In this document: one piece after another, positions 1-8,706 of the stretch
How positions within the stretch are numbered: the first letter of the stretch is position 1
Layout: each line of letters starts with the position of its first letter
Source of the DNA: a virus
Lineage: Duplodnaviria > Caudoviricetes
Direction: 5' to 3' (one strand)
IMG/VR virus record: IMGVR_UViG_3300033076_000666
Span: 1 to 29,395 of that record
DNA length: 29,395 nt
Notes under the pieces: generated by a model
What the model saw: the letters and a program-made list of their open reading frames with translations, nothing else
What the model was told of the DNA's origin: nothing
The model's database searches: none
Program-made: the position numbers and the translations under genes

Positions 1-184
1 TCGCCGCGTCTGAAACACCCGGCATCTGCGTCATGGATGCCATCTCCATGAAGTCACGCAGGCTCAGGGGGGGCGGGGCAGGGTAAGCCTGTGCGGGGTT
101 GTCTGCGCCACTGTATGGATTCCTGAAGGCGCCGTCTTTCCCTGCCCACAGAAGATCACCAAGCTTCTGCGCGTCTGTTGGCAT
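1..184 (-). CDS. Partial ORF running off the left end (MPTDAQKLGDLLWAGKDGAFRNPY...), unknown product
   Basis: ATG at 184, just after the previous stop (188-190), with GGGG upstream; frame open to position 1; not in the ORF track because it is truncated. Confidence 0.6.
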   Translation of the reverse strand, partial: MPTDAQKLGDLLWAGKDGAFRNPYSGADNPAQAYPAPPPLSLRDFMEMASMTQMPGVSDAA

Positions 185-187
185 GAT

Positions 188-379
188 CTACCCCGACACC
201 TGAGCCGCGATCTTCGCCCGCATCGCCTCCGCGTGTGCTGAAATCGCCGCCGTCATCCGGTCGTTGATCGACGCCAGTTCGGCCAGCGTCGGCTCGGTGC
301 CGGCCGTCTGGTGCGTCCGGTACGCTTCAAACGCCATGTGTGCCACGTCCAGCAGCATCATCGCGACTTGTGGGTTCAT
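188..379 (-). CDS. 63-aa helical hypothetical protein at the end of the lysis cassette
   Basis: ATG at 379 overlaps the upstream stop (ATGA); MNPQVAMMLLDVAHMAFEAY...; start trimmed from ORF 188..460. Confidence 0.75.
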   Translation of the reverse strand: MNPQVAMMLLDVAHMAFEAYRTHQTAGTEPTLAELASINDRMTAAISAHAEAMRAKIAAQVSG

Positions 380-978
380 TTGAGTCTCCGCATCAACTCG
401 ATTTCGGCCTCGTCCATCATCGTCGGCATGCCGGTCAGGATCGCCTGCGCTGTCATGCACTGCGCGTCCGGCGTGCCGATGGACTCACAGAGGGCCAGCG
501 CCGCCCGCGCATCGCGCAGCACCCGGTTGGCTTCGAGCGCCAGTTCGTCGCGCTGCAGTGCCTGTTTCGGCGTCAGCACGCCGGCCCGCTCGAATCTCAC
601 GGTGCGCTGGAAGTATTCGCCGACCGCAGCCTGCCCGGCCGCGATTGTCTGCGCTGGCGTCATCCGCCCAGGCGCCCCGGGCGTTGCGCAGCTTGCAGCG
701 ATAGTCACGGCGGCCAGGACGGCAATCAGGCGAACGTCAGCGAATCCGCCCTCGTTCGGCGGCGGCGCCGTGCCGTCCATCAGCTTGCGGACCAACGCGA
801 ACAGCCCGGGAAGCAGGGTTGCAAGCAGGATCAGGCCGCCGAGTAACTGTTCCAGGCTCGCCCCGATCGCCTTGACGGCCTCTGCCGGAACGTTGATCCC
901 GAACACGGCCAGCACGCCGACGACCGCCGCCATGATTTGAACGATTGCCGCAACCAGCGGCCCGACGAGTGTTTGCAT
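376..978 (-). CDS. 200-aa membrane protein: holin-like N-terminal TM segments joined to a lipoprotein-like signal and helical domain
   Basis: G-rich RBS before ATG 978; hydrophobic segments at about aa 4-28 and 45-63, then RLIAVLAAVTIAAS-C97 lipobox-like motif; directly after the endolysin. Confidence 0.7.
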   Translation of the reverse strand: MQTLVGPLVAAIVQIMAAVVGVLAVFGINVPAEAVKAIGASLEQLLGGLILLATLLPGLFALVRKLMDGTAPPPNEGGFADVRLIAVLAAVTIAASCATPGAPGRMTPAQTIAAGQAAVGEYFQRTVRFERAGVLTPKQALQRDELALEANRVLRDARAALALCESIGTPDAQCMTAQAILTGMPTMMDEAEIELMRRLK

Positions 979-986
979 TACCCCCC

Positions 987-1610
987 CTATCCCGGACTGA
1001 TTGACCTGAAAGCCTGTTGATACAGCGCCCGACGATCTTCCAGCCCTGCCAACGCTGGGTTGATTCGGCGTGTGATGCGGTCGAACTGGCCTTCGTCGGC
1101 CAGCATGTTGGCACCGATCTTGGACCAATACCAGCCAGCCGAGTCAGCAGCGTAAGCCGGCGTTGCGAGCAGGTCCGGCTGCGTAAGCACAGGCTCGCCG
1201 ATGTCGTGCCCATACTGCGTATAGAGATCGCGGCCGGTGATCTGGATCAACCCGCGCCCCCTGAATGCGTACCCGTCCCCGCTCGCCTCGCTGCCGTTGC
1301 CGTTCCTGTCGGCATAGACAAAGTTCGCCAGGCGTTCCGGGTTATGCACGTACTGCATTGCAAGCTCGTATGAGCCAAACCGCGACGGCCAGATTGCAAT
1401 CAGGCGCTCCGGGTCGCGGTAGTTCAGATTCTCTGCCAGTCGATGGAACCGCATCGACTCGTGCGCCGTCTGCGCCAGGAATGCAGCGGCGCGCAGCCGG
1501 CCGACGACGCCGTACTTCCGCATGGCGTCGCCGAGCGGCTTGGCGATCAGCGCGGCATCGGCGAGCAGGCAGCCCGTCGCCGATACCAACGCTTCCGGCG
1601 TGAGATCCAC
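987..1610 (-). CDS. Endolysin, glycoside hydrolase family 19
   Basis: FLAQTAHES, ENLNY, FRGRGLIQITGR and ITRRIN..GLEDR motifs typical of phage GH19 lysins; GTG start overlapping the upstream TAG. Confidence 0.93.
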   Translation of the reverse strand: MDLTPEALVSATGCLLADAALIAKPLGDAMRKYGVVGRLRAAAFLAQTAHESMRFHRLAENLNYRDPERLIAIWPSRFGSYELAMQYVHNPERLANFVYADRNGNGSEASGDGYAFRGRGLIQITGRDLYTQYGHDIGEPVLTQPDLLATPAYAADSAGWYWSKIGANMLADEGQFDRITRRINPALAGLEDRRALYQQAFRSISPG

Positions 1611-1963
1611 TAGACGGGCGGAGCGTCCGGGGTAAAGATCGCCTCGACGCTCGCCCGCGCCGCTTCGGTCGCCGAGGTGATGCCCTGAAGGCTTGCAAGC
1701 AGCGGATCGAGCGCGGCCGGATCGACGCCGGTAACGGTGCCCGCCGCAACCTGGTCCTTGAGCGCCTGAATGGCGGCAGCCACCTGAGCGGACTCGGCTG
1801 AGATGGTTTCGGACAGGGTGGAAACGGACGCGGACACTGCGGACGCTGCTGCGGTCAGTTCTTCAACGGTTGCCATAATCTGAAAACTCCTCGAAAGAAA
1901 GGATTGCAGGAAACCTTGGAGCGTATCCCCAAGCTCTAAAGTGATTCGGTGTCTGATGTCCAT
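1610..1963 (-). CDS. Ala-rich coiled-coil hypothetical protein in the lysis region (start uncertain: 1963 or internal MATVEEL at 1877)
   Basis: Open frame between the TM gene and the endolysin; heptad-like Ala/Ser-rich sequence. Confidence 0.65.
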   Translation of the reverse strand: MDIRHRITLELGDTLQGFLQSFLSRSFQIMATVEELTAAASAVSASVSTLSETISAESAQVAAAIQALKDQVAAGTVTGVDPAALDPLLASLQGITSATEAARASVEAIFTPDAPPV

Positions 1964-1968
1964 TGGTA

Positions 1969-2190
1969 TCAGGGAATCTTGTGGTTGGCGAAGAGGTAAC
2001 CGAGGAAGGCCATCGCGCCCGTGCCCATCACCCATGCCGTAAAGCCTACCGCTTTACGCCCGAACTCCTGATAGGCGGCCTTGGATACTTCCTCGAAGGC
2101 GCGCTTGGCCGCCCTTTCGGCGATCTCCTCGATCTCCTCGTCCGTAAGTTGTGTCTTTGTTCGCCGGTCTGGTCCGTTATACGCCACCAT
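1969..2190 (-). CDS. 73-aa protein with one C-terminal TM segment, possible holin or antiholin
   Basis: GAGGG RBS before ATG 2190; charged helix followed by AVGFTAWVMGTGAMAFLGYLFA; first gene after the tail fibre. Confidence 0.7.
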   Translation of the reverse strand: MVAYNGPDRRTKTQLTDEEIEEIAERAAKRAFEEVSKAAYQEFGRKAVGFTAWVMGTGAMAFLGYLFANHKIP

Positions 2191-2197
2191 TTCGCCC

Positions 2198-3055
2198 TCA
2201 AAGCCAGATGCATACAGCGTGAATGGAAAAGTCGCTAGCAGCCGGGGTTGTTGCTGCCCCGCTAGAAGCATTCAGGATTAGAGGAGTCCCGTTCTGCAGC
2301 ACGTAAACGTTCGTGCTGTCCGCTCTTACCGTTGTCCCGGAGTTCCAGTTCGTTTTGTCTCCTATCGCATAGCCATATGAGGCGACAAGCATTATTGCGT
2401 ATGGCAGAACGATGTCGGGCGCACGAGTCCCGCCGTGGGCCACGCCTGTATAGGCGTGGTTCCCTGTGACATTATTGCCGATTGTTAGATCGGCGCGGCT
2501 TATGTGCCCGCCGAGAAGAAGCTTACCCGACCCCCCTGTGATGTCGAAATTCCCATTGCTGCGCGTGACCTTGAACGCCGTCGTGAGGAACGCGCCGGCG
2601 TCGTCGTAACGGTCCAGGCCGAAATCAGATCCGGCGTTGCTGCCGCTTTCCGCCGTCGTATTCGATCCGACCAGCGCCCAGCGTGTAAGGCCGTTGGTCT
2701 TGAAATCGATGCGGCACTGGTTCGTTGACGCGTCCTTGTCCAGCGTCAGGATTGGGTTTGTATAGTCAAGCGATACGCCGCCCGTGTAGGTGCCGCCCGT
2801 CTTGGGGACAACCTGGCCGTAAGCCGCATACTCGGTCGCCGCCGACGCATTGGCGACGCCCGTGTGCTTGTAGCCGCCCATCGGCAGATTGGAAGTCGGA
2901 GGCGCCTGCCCGTCGCGCGGCAGCGAATTGGTGATTTCGGACGCCACATCACTGAGCATGGTGTTGTGGTCGGTCGAACTTATCGCCGTACCGCTGACGG
3001 CCGGGTAGATGGTATTGGCTGGCGGGCTATACGTGCCGCTTCCGTTACGTGGCAT
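2198..3055 (-). CDS. Short tail fibre / receptor-binding protein (285 aa)
   Basis: N-terminus MPRNGSGTYSPP...ITNSLPRDGQ...NLPMGGYKHTGVANA recalled as a podophage fibre anchor; beta-rich remainder; lies between the ejection and lysis genes. Confidence 0.8.
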   Translation of the reverse strand: MPRNGSGTYSPPANTIYPAVSGTAISSTDHNTMLSDVASEITNSLPRDGQAPPTSNLPMGGYKHTGVANASAATEYAAYGQVVPKTGGTYTGGVSLDYTNPILTLDKDASTNQCRIDFKTNGLTRWALVGSNTTAESGSNAGSDFGLDRYDDAGAFLTTAFKVTRSNGNFDITGGSGKLLLGGHISRADLTIGNNVTGNHAYTGVAHGGTRAPDIVLPYAIMLVASYGYAIGDKTNWNSGTTVRADSTNVYVLQNGTPLILNASSGAATTPAASDFSIHAVCIWL

Positions 3056-3084
3056 GGGCGCACCTATGCTATAAGAGAGGTTCT

Positions 3085-3110
3085 AAAGCGAAAAGCCGCC
3101 CGGAGGCGGC
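3085..3110 (-). terminator. Intrinsic terminator in the late operon before the fibre gene
   Basis: Minus strand GCCGCC-TCCG-GGCGGC followed by TTTTCGCTTT. Confidence 0.75.
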
Positions 3111-3115
3111 CTAGT

Positions 3116-3259
3116 ATGAATTCAACCGTTATCGCGCTGCTTCTGAAACCGTTCGCGCTGCTGGCAATCCTAACAACCTTGTTGGCCGTCCGTCACGCTG
3201 TCATGCGGTGGGTGCCGGATAGCCGCCTGAAACGGCTTTTACTACTGCGCCTCAAGTAA
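3116..3259 (+). CDS. 47-aa membrane peptide on the opposite strand; possible superinfection exclusion or moron gene
   Basis: GGAGG at 3102-3106, ATG 3116; MNSTVIALLLKPFALLAILTTLLAV hydrophobic segment with a basic tail; extended -10-like TGCTATAAG at 3067-3075; fills the only gap in the late operon. Confidence 0.7.
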   Translation: MNSTVIALLLKPFALLAILTTLLAVRHAVMRWVPDSRLKRLLLLRLK

Positions 3260-4912
3260 GGAGGGCGCCGCAATGCCGAGTGCTGGGGCGCCGCGCCTCA
3301 GCAGTTCAGCCAGCGCCTGCGCATACTCGTTTGTCACGCCTTGCGTCAAATACCGCTGTCCGGCGCCGCTGTTGAGCAGTGCTTGTGCAAGCCTCGGCCC
3401 TGCCAGCCCCGCCGCCCCGTAGCCGAGCGCCGCAGCCGGGTCCGCACCGGCCGCAATGCCGCCGCCCAGCCCCAGGCCGCCTGTCAGCAACGATTGATAG
3501 AGCATGCGCTGCGCCGTGCCAGAGTTCGGCACTTGGTCCTTGACGAATGTCTGGCCGATGCGCACCAAATCATTCAGGTCGCCGCGCCCCAGCGCCTTGC
3601 CCTCGCGCCCAACGGAATTATTCAGTGCCCGCGCAAGCTGTGCCGGCGACACCGTGCCGGTATTCGGCGCCACGCCGGTCCCGCCCATAGCATCGAGAAG
3701 GGTTTTAAGGTTCCCGTATTCGCGGCTTGCCTGCCCCCATGCCTGCGCATCGGCGCCGCTAATCTGGCTGTTGAACGCCTTGTCGAGCGCCTTTTTCGCC
3801 TGCCCGGCAAAATGTGCCTCGGCATCGTTGCCGCGCGCCATGCGGCCCAACTCGCTGCGCCATCCCTGATATTTTGCACCCGGCATCACACCGTTCTGCA
3901 CCGAAGACAGGATATCGTCTATCGTGTTCGTGATCGGCCCCGGATTCGCCAGCCGGCGCGAAGCCTCATGCGCCACGTCCGCCAAGTCTTGCACGACGGA
4001 GCCTTGCCCGAAATCGATGGCATTGCGGCCGGCGATGTCCTCGAATTGCTGCCCCAGCGCCGCTTTCTGTGCGCGCAACACTTCCGGGGTCGCCTGGTTG
4101 CCGACGATGCCGGCGCGGCGCAATGCCGCAGCCGTGAATGCATCGCCCTGCGCGCTGCGCTTGGCGGCCTCACGGCTTGCCGTCATGGGCAGGTTTTCCA
4201 TGACGGCATTGATCGCCTGCAACGGCTTGCTGCCAGTCAGTTGCGCGGCGTCCAGCGGGATTCCTTCGTCCTGCGCCGTGCGGGCCAGCCGCTGCATTTC
4301 GGGGGACAGCGACGACCGAATGGGCGCGAATGCGCGGCCCACGATGTTCGCCACACCTTGCCCGGCCGCTCCGGTTGCCGCGCCAATGCTGGCGTTTGCC
4401 AGCCGGCTTTCGCCCTCGACGGTCGGATTGAGCAAGCCCATCAGTGCGCCGCCGGCCGCCGCGCCCGTGTAGGTGTTCGCGCCGGGGATCGCTGCCGTTG
4501 CGACAGCCGGGATCAGGGTGCCCGCGATATTTCCAGCGGTCCCGGCGCCGGTATCCATCAGTGCGGCATCGCTCACTCGGGATTTTGCGATATCGGCCTC
4601 AGTGGGCAGCCCTATAGAATCGGCCAGCCCTTTGCCACCTTTGAACGCCTCCAGCCCACCGCGCACAACCTGCCCAGCCCCGCGCGCCAGATCGACGAAC
4701 CCTTTCCCCATCCCGGCCTTGAACTGTTCCGCGCCGCTCAATCCCTGATAGTGTTCTCGGCGGGCCTGTTCGGCGACCGCATCCAGGTCTATGGCCTTGT
4801 CCCGCTTCGCCACATTCGTATGCGTTGTGTTCGCCCAGCGCCATGCCGTGCGTTCGTCCGGGGCATCCACCTCGTAGGTGGTGCCCCCGATATCCACCTC
4901 GTAAGTCGCCAT
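3242..4912 (-). CDS. DNA ejection / internal virion protein (556 aa)
   Basis: ATG 4912 in TGATG overlap; MATYEVDIGGTTYEVDAPD N-terminal module, Gly/Ala-rich hydrophobic stretches; last of the ejection cluster. Confidence 0.8.
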   Translation of the reverse strand: MATYEVDIGGTTYEVDAPDERTAWRWANTTHTNVAKRDKAIDLDAVAEQARREHYQGLSGAEQFKAGMGKGFVDLARGAGQVVRGGLEAFKGGKGLADSIGLPTEADIAKSRVSDAALMDTGAGTAGNIAGTLIPAVATAAIPGANTYTGAAAGGALMGLLNPTVEGESRLANASIGAATGAAGQGVANIVGRAFAPIRSSLSPEMQRLARTAQDEGIPLDAAQLTGSKPLQAINAVMENLPMTASREAAKRSAQGDAFTAAALRRAGIVGNQATPEVLRAQKAALGQQFEDIAGRNAIDFGQGSVVQDLADVAHEASRRLANPGPITNTIDDILSSVQNGVMPGAKYQGWRSELGRMARGNDAEAHFAGQAKKALDKAFNSQISGADAQAWGQASREYGNLKTLLDAMGGTGVAPNTGTVSPAQLARALNNSVGREGKALGRGDLNDLVRIGQTFVKDQVPNSGTAQRMLYQSLLTGGLGLGGGIAAGADPAAALGYGAAGLAGPRLAQALLNSGAGQRYLTQGVTNEYAQALAELLRRGAPALGIAAPSLLEAQ

Positions 4913-6237
4913 CACTTGCCGCCTTTCAGGCGAACCGCGCCAGGAGGCGGGGCGTCGTCCCATGAACCCGATGCACCGGCGCCGATGCTGGCTGGCTGGC
5001 TGAAATAATCCCCGGTCATCGCGTCATCACGGCCATAGTTCTGCAAGATGCCACGCGCATTCATTTCACGCATGGCCGCCGCGCGCTTGTTAAGCGCCAT
5101 GATTTCGCCAAGCCGCTTGGAGACGACCTTGGTATCGTTCAGGTTCTCGAAAAGCTCGTTCCAGGCGCGTACCGCGTCGCCCTCAGTCTGCACGCCCTTA
5201 TTCAGCAGCAAAGATGCATTGCGCTGCTTCTCCAGTGTAGCCTTCAGCGTAGCGAATTCGCGGCTATTCTCGTTGCTGATGCCCAGATAATTCCGACCGC
5301 GACTGATGGCATTCTGTGCCAGCCCAAGCGACAGCTTGCCGTCGTCGATGCTCTGCTTAAGCGCGCCTAGGTCTGCATTGACGCCAGCTGTAGAACCAAT
5401 CGCTGTACGCTCTTCCTGCAACATCTCTAACGCCTTGGGCGGCAGCGGGCCGGACGCGGCCTTGCTTGGCGGAGCCGCACCGATCTGTCGGCCGGTCCGC
5501 GCATCGATCACCACGGCCTTGTTCGGGTCGTTCGGGTCGGCAATGGTGGCGAGAGACGGCGCCGGAGGCTGTCGCATGCTGGCGGCAAGTTGCGCCATGT
5601 CGCGGCGCCCTTCGATCTGCATTTGCATCAGTTGCCGCTGCGCCTCAAGCCGCTCCTGCTGCGATGCCCGCGCATCGGCGGCACGCATTTGCAACTCGAC
5701 GATCCGCTGCCTGCGCCCCTCTTCGGCCTGCGCAGCCTGAAACTCGCGCTGATCCGCGCGTTGCTGCTGCGCCATGGCGAGATTCAGCCCGGTAGCGCCG
5801 ATCTGCTGCGCCTGCGGCCCCATCAGCGCGCCCTGCGCCGACCAGTCGAGATAGTCCTGCAACGATGGCTGTTGCGTGCGCGTCACCTCGCTGATGGTGC
5901 CGGCCCCCGGCCGGTCGCCGGTAAGCTGCTGTTCCGTGATCTGTTGAGCGCGCGGCATCGCTTTAAGCCATTCGCCCATGGCCTTGGCCTTTTGCGCCTG
6001 AAGCTCTTTTGCCTGGGCGTCTGCTGCATCCAGTTCCTGCTTGCCAATGTAGCCGGTCAGCATGCGCGCCAGCCCGGCCAGCGGGTTCTGTGCAACGGCG
6101 ATCCCTGACACCATTTCCGTGCCCTGCGGCATCGTCATGCCCTGCTTCATCAGGGCCGCAGCCAATGCCCTGCGTTGGTCTATGCCCTGCTGCTCAACAT
6201 CCCAATCCGCACCACCGAAAGATACGGTCTTAGCCAT
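4912..6237 (-). CDS. DNA ejection / internal virion protein (441 aa)
   Basis: Gln/Ala-rich coiled coil; position within the ejection cluster. Confidence 0.78.
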   Translation of the reverse strand: MAKTVSFGGADWDVEQQGIDQRRALAAALMKQGMTMPQGTEMVSGIAVAQNPLAGLARMLTGYIGKQELDAADAQAKELQAQKAKAMGEWLKAMPRAQQITEQQLTGDRPGAGTISEVTRTQQPSLQDYLDWSAQGALMGPQAQQIGATGLNLAMAQQQRADQREFQAAQAEEGRRQRIVELQMRAADARASQQERLEAQRQLMQMQIEGRRDMAQLAASMRQPPAPSLATIADPNDPNKAVVIDARTGRQIGAAPPSKAASGPLPPKALEMLQEERTAIGSTAGVNADLGALKQSIDDGKLSLGLAQNAISRGRNYLGISNENSREFATLKATLEKQRNASLLLNKGVQTEGDAVRAWNELFENLNDTKVVSKRLGEIMALNKRAAAMREMNARGILQNYGRDDAMTGDYFSQPASIGAGASGSWDDAPPPGAVRLKGGK

Positions 6238-6240
6238 AGA

Positions 6241-7344
6241 TCACCCGAATAGTCCGCCGATGTAGTCCATCGCTTTGTCACTCTGCAATACGGCGCCGCC
6301 GAGCCCGAACAGGTTGTTTATCATGTTGTTCCTGCTCGCTGTATTGGCGTTGTACTGCCCCATGTTGGCGTTATAGGCGGCACCAAGCGCGCCGAGCAGA
6401 TCGGCGGAATTGGTGTTTTGCTGCTGCGGCACGGACGGGAAATTCGGCATAGTGGCCTGCGTTCCGTTCTTGATGGCAAGCAGGTTACGAATCATGTCGT
6501 TCTGCGCCTGCAGGTCGAGCGCCCGACTTTGGTTCATACCGGCCATGTTCGCGGCGGCCGCACTAGCCGCCGCCGCTGCTCTCTGGTTCGCCAACCCTTC
6601 CCGGCCTTGGGCAAGCTGCTCAAGCGTGGTGTCGTTGCCGAACATGCTTTGCAAAGCGTTGTTGTGGAAATTGGCAGCCGTCACATCCTGCCCGAACAGC
6701 GTATTCTGCGCCGACAGGCCGGAAAGGATCGCCTGTTGCGTAGCGTCGTTGCGGGCACGAGACAGGTCATCTCGTGCATTCTTCCACGCCTCGCTGCCGA
6801 GCGTTATCCCCTGGTTGGCCAGTTGCTGGTCCAGTTGCCGCGACTGCAGATCGAATTGCGGATTTACGCGCGACATGATTGCGTCGCTTGCCTTGTCCCA
6901 TCCGGCCGTGCCCTGGTATGCGCTGTTCAGGTCCGTTTGCAGCGCCGGCTTGGCGATATTCACCGAGTATTGGTTGCGATAGTTCGATTGCGGCGCTTGT
7001 GCCCCACCCGTCTGCGGCATAAACGGCTGTGCCGTAACCGACGGACCGTAGCTTCCGCCGTAGCTTCCGCCTCCAACTCTGCCGACCATGTTGTTAGCCA
7101 TGCCGAGCAGCCCCATCGATAGCCGATCCTGCCCAGATTGTATCGACTGCTGGCTCGGCGAAAGGCCGATGCTTTGAGACCACTGGTTCGGGTTGCTCGG
7201 GTCTTGCTGGTAAACCGAATAGCCGAACGGGGTATATTGGTTTATCCGGTTCGCCTGCGTCGTCTGTTGATTGAGGTTGTATTGGTTGTTTTGCTGCTGT
7301 GTCGCAGCGTTCGTGTAGTTCGGAATCGACGGCATGGAGGCCAT
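6241..7344 (-). CDS. DNA ejection / pilot protein (367 aa)
   Basis: AGGTGG RBS before ATG 7344; Q/N-rich, NRINQYTPFG and LANQGITLGSEAW segments, C-terminal GLFGLGGA glycine-rich helix. Confidence 0.8.
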   Translation of the reverse strand: MASMPSIPNYTNAATQQQNNQYNLNQQTTQANRINQYTPFGYSVYQQDPSNPNQWSQSIGLSPSQQSIQSGQDRLSMGLLGMANNMVGRVGGGSYGGSYGPSVTAQPFMPQTGGAQAPQSNYRNQYSVNIAKPALQTDLNSAYQGTAGWDKASDAIMSRVNPQFDLQSRQLDQQLANQGITLGSEAWKNARDDLSRARNDATQQAILSGLSAQNTLFGQDVTAANFHNNALQSMFGNDTTLEQLAQGREGLANQRAAAAASAAAANMAGMNQSRALDLQAQNDMIRNLLAIKNGTQATMPNFPSVPQQQNTNSADLLGALGAAYNANMGQYNANTASRNNMINNLFGLGGAVLQSDKAMDYIGGLFG

Positions 7345-7353
7345 AATTGCCAC

Positions 7354-8706
7354 CTATTTCCAGAGAGCCGCGCCGAGCGCAGCAGGGTCAAAGTTATTTG
7401 ATCGCCATTGGTCCATGCCGAACGGGACGCCAGTATGGACCCTCAGGGCCGGAGCGGGTCCGGCCGGCTGGCCGCCCTGGTCGGTGTAGTTGGGTGATCC
7501 GCCGCCATTGGCGACAAGTGCGGCCAATGTGGCAAGGCTTGCATTAACCATCGGATTCCGGTTCTGCGATCCGCGCCCGCTGGTTAGATTTTGGGACGCA
7601 TTCACCCCTTTGTTGATCTTGTTCCCGGTGTCGTATATCTCCCGCACCCGCTGCAAGAACGTCTTGTCCGGCGTGCCATCAAAGCCGCCTTTCGGGGTAA
7701 CGGTCGTCAGCCCGTCGCCAACATCAACAGGTAGATTTTGCATCCCGCTCCCAATCGTATCGGCCAGGGTGAGACCGCCTGCGGCGGTCGCCCCGTCGAT
7801 CCCGGCAAGCGACGCCGGAAGCGTCCAAGACCCGGCGCCTGAGCCGACAGCAGGGACCGCCGTCTGCGCCCATGTTCCGGCCCCAGGCAATGAGGCAAGG
7901 CCGGTCGCCCCTTCCGTGGCAGCCGCGCCGGCACCTCCCGCGCCTCCGGCGCCGCCCCATCCGCCGCCGCCGGCGACAGCCCCGCCTGCGGCGCCAGCGG
8001 CCCCGGTTCCAAGCGTTCCTGCTGCCGCCATGTCTGCGAGCGTAGTACTCGTTCCGATGGCGCCAGCGCCGCCACCGTAAGCCGCAGGCGCCATCGCCAT
8101 GCCACCGAAAGCCGCCATCGCGATTGCGCCCATCTGCTCGGGCGTCATACCGTGCTGCTTCTCGTATGGCGTGATGTATTTCCCGTTAAGCAGGAGGCCG
8201 TATTTCGGATCGTAGATAGCATCCTTGTATGCCTCTGTCGGGTGGATCGAATAGGCGCTATTCCCTCGCTGCGTCAGAGAGTCGGTGACGGGGATATAGT
8301 CTTGGTACGAGCCAACTGTTCCGATAGACCCGTTCGGACCGCGAGCCGGCTGCATCTGTGACATGACAGAAGCCAGGGAGGCGCCATCCGTTCCGCGCAC
8401 CTCAGGCGGCTGATACCACCATGCATTTTGATCCATGCCCTGCCGCGCCTCGTCCCAAGCGCGCGAATCCGCCGAGAACGGATTGACGTTCCCGTAAAGT
8501 CGGTTTGCATTGTTGTAATCGGACTCAACCTGAGAGCGGACGGTTGGAGAGAGGAATCGGTAGATGTCGCGGATGTTCGCCGCGCCCCCCGCGCCCCCCG
8601 TTTGAACAGCGGGCAACTGGCCCGCCCCCGCTTGCGCAGCAGCAGCCTTTCGCTCCTCTTCTTCGCGCGATGTGCGAAACGGCTTTGCCCACCCTGTATT
8701 GTCCAT
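7354..8706 (-). CDS. Gly/Ala-rich putative internal virion or ejection protein (450 aa)
   Basis: ATG 8706 in TGATG overlap with the nozzle gene; long low-complexity G/A tract. Confidence 0.7.
   Translation of the reverse strand: MDNTGWAKPFRTSREEEERKAAAAQAGAGQLPAVQTGGAGGAANIRDIYRFLSPTVRSQVESDYNNANRLYGNVNPFSADSRAWDEARQGMDQNAWWYQPPEVRGTDGASLASVMSQMQPARGPNGSIGTVGSYQDYIPVTDSLTQRGNSAYSIHPTEAYKDAIYDPKYGLLLNGKYITPYEKQHGMTPEQMGAIAMAAFGGMAMAPAAYGGGAGAIGTSTTLADMAAAGTLGTGAAGAAGGAVAGGGGWGGAGGAGGAGAAATEGATGLASLPGAGTWAQTAVPAVGSGAGSWTLPASLAGIDGATAAGGLTLADTIGSGMQNLPVDVGDGLTTVTPKGGFDGTPDKTFLQRVREIYDTGNKINKGVNASQNLTSGRGSQNRNPMVNASLATLAALVANGGGSPNYTDQGGQPAGPAPALRVHTGVPFGMDQWRSNNFDPAALGAALWK

Noticed and set aside
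2198-3110. Invertible or hypervariable tail-fibre cassette
   Set aside because: No invertase gene, flanking inverted repeats or alternative fibre ends seen
7048-7072. Short tandem repeat CGTAGCTTCCGC
   Set aside because: Encodes a GGSYGGSYG low-complexity linker; no sign of a DNA-level role
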